A stretch of DNA of 38,953 nucleotides, from IMG/VR virus record IMGVR_UViG_3300048838_001824, positions 1 to 38,953 of that record; one strand, 5' to 3'. The translations under genes and the position numbers were made by a program. Shown piece after piece: positions 36,026-38,953 of the stretch; position 1 is the stretch's first letter; each line of letters starts with the position of its first letter. This DNA comes from a virus. Its lineage: Duplodnaviria; Caudoviricetes. Below the pieces are notes generated by a model. It searched no databases. It was given only the letters and a program-made list of their open reading frames with translations, and was not told where the DNA came from.

Positions 36026-36609
36026 GACGGATCGCCCTCCGCCGCGCGACGCTTGAGCGCATCCGTGTCATCGGCCATCACCAGCTCGACACGACCGACG
36101 TGCTCATGCCGATTGACCAGCAGCCCGCGGTGCATCAGGGCGAGCTTGAGCGCCCCGAGCTTGTCCCAGAGCCGGAAGTCCACGACCTCCTCGACCGTGA
36201 CCTCGCCCCCCTCCGCGGTGGTTTCTCGGCGCCGGACCTTCATCGCCGACAGCATCCGCCGCCCAGCCTCGCTCATCTCGGAGGCCGCCTTGAGGCGCAC
36301 CGTCGGCCCGGAGAAGTCGAGCACGTCGTCCATCCGACCGAGAGCCAGCGCGTCGATCTCGGCAAGTAGCAGGTCCACCGTCGAGGCCGTCTTCGCCGCC
36401 AGTTTCGCCTCACCCTCGGCGATAGCGGCCGCTACTTCAGGGTGCTTCAGGAGATCATGGCCCTGCGAGTAGGCCGAGCGCTTGGAGTACCCGGCCCGGA
36501 TCGCCGCCTGCGTGGCGTTGCGATCCACCAGGTACTCGCGCACGAACCGATCCCGGCTTGGACCAGTCTTCGTGCGGGGCGAGCGACGGGAGGAGCTCTT
36601 CTTCGCCAT
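36022..36609 (-). CDS. terS: Terminase small subunit
   Basis: FVREYLVDRNATQAAIRAGYS...DKLGALKL signature. Confidence 0.95.
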   Translation of the reverse strand: MAKKSSSRRSPRTKTGPSRDRFVREYLVDRNATQAAIRAGYSKRSAYSQGHDLLKHPEVAAAIAEGEAKLAAKTASTVDLLLAEIDALALGRMDDVLDFSGPTVRLKAASEMSEAGRRMLSAMKVRRRETTAEGGEVTVEEVVDFRLWDKLGALKLALMHRGLLVNRHEHVGRVELVMADDTDALKRRAAEGDPS

Positions 36610-36615
36610 GCCCCG

Positions 36616-36637
36616 ACGCTACAAGCCGAAAAATTCC
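36616..36637 (-). promoter_or_regulatory. Late promoter motif copy 2 (GGAATTTTTCGGC-TT-GTAGCGT)
   Basis: 20/22 identical to 31274-31295. It ends 6 nt before the TerS ATG. Confidence 0.7.
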
Positions 36638-36643
36638 GCACCG

Positions 36644-37156
36644 TCACGCCGAGGGACAGTTTGGGCACTCGGCGCCCGTGTAGGGGGCGAGACAGCTTGG
36701 GCACCGGCGCTGAGGCGCTGAGGTCGCTGGGGTAGTTGGGGTGAGTTCGTCCCGCCGGTGAAGGATCGCGACCACGGACACGGTCGAGATACCGAGGCGT
36801 CTCGCCACCGACACCGGCACGGCCGCTGGCACGGCCAGCGCGTCGAGGACACCCGCGATGGAGGGCGTCGCGCGGCGTGCCGCCGGGGGGTACACCCCCC
36901 GGGCGCGGCGGGCGAGCCCCACCGCGGCCACCAGCTCCGACACGACGGACGGTGCGAGTCCCGTGACGCGCCGGATGTCGTGGAGCTTGAACCGGTCCTC
37001 CCACATGGCGACAGCAATGGCGAGTCGATCCCCGCGGAAGGGGCTGCTCGCGGAGGCGCGTGCTTTCGCCAGTCCCCGAGCGCGGGCAACGGCTTCCGCC
37101 TTCGCCCGACCACGCGCTCTTGCAGCGGCGAGCTTCGCAGGATCCCAGTGGGTCAT
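36644..37156 (-). CDS. Double-HTH plus C-terminal Zn-ribbon protein, candidate late-gene regulator
   Basis: From ATG 37156. HTHs LHDIRRVTGLAPSVVSEL and VARRLGISTVSV, then CPSC-x8-CPNC. It sits just before terS. Confidence 0.6.
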   Translation of the reverse strand: MTHWDPAKLAAARARGRAKAEAVARARGLAKARASASSPFRGDRLAIAVAMWEDRFKLHDIRRVTGLAPSVVSELVAAVGLARRARGVYPPAARRATPSIAGVLDALAVPAAVPVSVARRLGISTVSVVAILHRRDELTPTTPATSAPQRRCPSCLAPYTGAECPNCPSA

Positions 37157-37560
37157 CGTCGAGTCATCTCCAAGAGGCCGAGTGTTTGGAGCAGGGCGAT
37201 CGCGGCAGGCACTCCACCGCGCGCGTAGGGGATCCCGGCGGCGCGACACAGTTCGGCATAGCGATACTGGGCCTGCGCGCGCTGCCACTTCGGGATCTGC
37301 TTCGGTGGGATCGAGATCAGCTTTCGGCCGAGGAGACGTCGCATCTCGCGCTCACCCGCCGGCGTTTTCACCTCGTGTTTGACCAGGAGGCGGCGCTGTG
37401 CGTGCCAGCACTCCAGGTCTGCGAGGCCCGGAGTCTGGCGCGTGCCGCCGGGCTCCTTCCGGAATCCCTGCGACAGCCGGTAGACCACGAACCCCGCTGC
37501 CTGGTACGTGGCGATGACGTGGCGCTCGACCACCGCTTCGGTGGGGCCGCGCGAGCTCAT
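37153..37560 (-). CDS. VRR-NUC-like PD-(D/E)xK nuclease
   Basis: From ATG 37560: TE..VE...TPGLADL...HEVKT...Q. Confidence 0.75.
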   Translation of the reverse strand: MSSRGPTEAVVERHVIATYQAAGFVVYRLSQGFRKEPGGTRQTPGLADLECWHAQRRLLVKHEVKTPAGEREMRRLLGRKLISIPPKQIPKWQRAQAQYRYAELCRAAGIPYARGGVPAAIALLQTLGLLEMTRR

Positions 37561-37817
37561 GGCAGGATCCCCATCGTGCGGAGGACAGCCTGTCGCAACT
37601 CCGCAGGCAACCCCGCCCACCGACGCGCCGCAGGCTCCCATCGCGCGGTCGCGGGCGGGACGGCGATCCGGAGCTCGCCACGCTGCATCCTGAACAGCGC
37701 CACCACGACGCCGTCCGGGCGGACCGCCCTCAAGACCTCGGCGCCGTTGAGCGTTGGCCTGAACCACCTCAGTGTCGTCCCGTCGGTGAGCTCCGTGACC
37801 TGGCGAGATCGGTTCAT
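37557..37817 (-). CDS. Hypothetical protein
   Basis: 86 aa from ATG 37817 with ATGA overlaps on both sides. Confidence 0.6.
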   Translation of the reverse strand: MNRSRQVTELTDGTTLRWFRPTLNGAEVLRAVRPDGVVVALFRMQRGELRIAVPPATARWEPAARRWAGLPAELRQAVLRTMGILP

Positions 37818-38953
37818 GCGAGCTCCCGGCCGAAGAGTCGTGGGGCGTCGGTCCACGCGACGAGGCGTTCGGTTCCCGACACCTGGAGGCGTACCGACTT
37901 GTGCCGTGCGCGCCCGCGCCGGCGGTGCTTCCGGCAGGTGACCACCATGCACCCCTGCCGCTCGATCTCGCTCGGCAGCATGCGCTTCGCGCGCACCGCG
38001 CGCAGCATCCCCTTGTCGACATCGGGTCGGATGTCCCGGGAGAGCATCAGCACGCCGGCGGCTTCTTCCGCAATCGCGCCCGCCTCCTTGATCCGATGCG
38101 AGCCCGGGGGCGTGTAGTCGTCGAGCGGATCGCTGTCCCGGTTCAGCTGGACCGCGCAGACGATCACGACGTCGAGCGCGCGCGCCACGTCCCGCAGATC
38201 GCGCGCGAGGTTCGTCATGGCAACCCGGAAGGCGCCCGCATCCCCCCCGGGAACCTGGAAGCGGTGCAGGTGGTCGATCACGATCACCTCCGCGCCGCAC
38301 TTCTCGACGCCCCACCGGATCCACCGATGCAGCTCGTCGAGCGTGATCTGCCGCGGTGGGGCGACATGCATGTGCGGGTTCTTCGCCAGATCGTCGAGGG
38401 CGACCGCGACCCAGCTCCGCACGTCCGCCTCGGTCGCCTGCAAGGCGTCCCAGTCGTGGCAGACCACCGAGTCGAGATCGAGGTTGAGCTGCCAGCACGC
38501 CGTCCGCAGCCGGAAGTACTCGGGCTCCACCTCGAGCGGGAAGCAGAGGGTCGTGACGCCGCGCTTCGCGAGCCCTGCCTGCCAGTTGTGGAGGAAGGTG
38601 CTCTTCCCGTTGCCCGTCGTGGCGCCCACGATCCAGAGCTCGCCTGGGAGCATCGGGCCGAGGAGGGTGTCGAGCGGTTCCCACCCCCAGCTCACCGCTC
38701 GCGACAGGTCGCGCGTGACCAGGTGCATCGCCTGGTACGACTGCACGAGCGCGAGCTCGAGCGGGTCGACCTCGGTGCCGAGTGCCGCGATGTGCTCGAC
38801 CACGTCCGCCGGCAGGGGGCCCGAGATCGCGTCGCCGGCGCGCAGCCCGAGCTCGTGGTTCACGAGGCGGAACTCCTCGATGCGTTCCCGCAGGGCGGTG
38901 CGAGCCCGGGCGCGCGCAGCGTCGTCGGGGGTGAGCAGCGCGGTGCCGGTCAT
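37814..38953 (-). CDS. dnaB: DnaB-like replicative helicase (short N-terminus)
   Basis: Walker A GATTGNGKS, IVIDHLH, VQLNR, IKEAGAIAEEA and KHRRG. Confidence 0.9.
   Translation of the reverse strand: MTGTALLTPDDAARARARTALRERIEEFRLVNHELGLRAGDAISGPLPADVVEHIAALGTEVDPLELALVQSYQAMHLVTRDLSRAVSWGWEPLDTLLGPMLPGELWIVGATTGNGKSTFLHNWQAGLAKRGVTTLCFPLEVEPEYFRLRTACWQLNLDLDSVVCHDWDALQATEADVRSWVAVALDDLAKNPHMHVAPPRQITLDELHRWIRWGVEKCGAEVIVIDHLHRFQVPGGDAGAFRVAMTNLARDLRDVARALDVVIVCAVQLNRDSDPLDDYTPPGSHRIKEAGAIAEEAAGVLMLSRDIRPDVDKGMLRAVRAKRMLPSEIERQGCMVVTCRKHRRRGRARHKSVRLQVSGTERLVAWTDAPRLFGRELA

Larger units (their letters stand above)
1..38953. mobile_element. Temperate tailed phage/prophage, podovirus-like, near complete (ends not visible)
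   Basis: Integrase, repressor, YqaJ, lysozyme, ejection proteins, capsid, portal, terminases and DnaB occur in tightly coupled operons with many ATGA/GTGA overlaps. No host housekeeping genes and no tape measure or tail tube were seen. Confidence 0.96.

Noticed and set aside
4971-36472. Long plus-strand ORFs (e.g. 4971..6659, 31993..33345, 34385..36472)
   Set aside because: They are antisense shadows of motif-bearing minus-strand genes, expected at high GC, and have no recognisable motifs.
36655-36710. Direct repeat GACAG.TTGGGCAC upstream of terS as a possible pac element
   Set aside because: It is explained by the two CPxC knuckles of the Zn ribbon coded on the minus strand.
1-38953. CRISPR array, tRNA, reverse transcriptase/DGR, transposase
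   Set aside because: No spaced repeat array, cloverleaf, RT motif or transposase motif was seen by eye. tRNAscan-SE and CRISPR finders were not run.

Overview
The whole window is a high-GC (roughly 70% by eye) temperate tailed phage or prophage. It is probably podovirus-like: it has a portal, scaffold, major capsid, adaptor, nozzle and several ejection proteins, with no tape measure, tail tube or sheath. The host is a diderm (lipoproteins and a spanin-like protein are present), and the lipoprotein style loosely suggests Gemmatimonadota (inference only). Almost all genes are on the minus strand. In transcription order they are: DnaB, VRR-NUC, HTH/Zn-ribbon regulator, TerS, TerL, RyR-domain protein, portal, scaffold, capsid, head/tail genes, an exported membrane/lipoprotein/subtilisin module, tail proteins, ejection proteins (including a ~1680-aa polyvalent protein), lysis cassette, a small moron block, a divergent repressor/Cro-like switch, YqaJ plus annealing protein, patatin, J-domain and WDGH proteins, Xis-like protein and integrase. 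The window starts at the integrase stop codon and ends at the DnaB start codon, so it was probably trimmed on gene calls and att sites are not visible. Highlights: (1) a spanin-position protein with an N-terminal TM helix, coiled coils and a C-terminal four-strand, Phe-ending beta-anchor but no visible o-spanin; (2) a secreted subtilisin with an in-frame nested membrane protein/lipoprotein inside the virion operon; (3) a single in-frame TAG inside the portal gene; (4) a 22-bp motif repeated exactly 6 nt before the TerS and scaffold start codons, a likely leaderless late promoter; (5) a readable switch with a sigma70 promoter and TGTACG-N4-CGTACA operators; (6) integrase at the end of the early operon, with replication genes at the opposite end. 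All calls come from motif recognition by eye, and no database searches were run.
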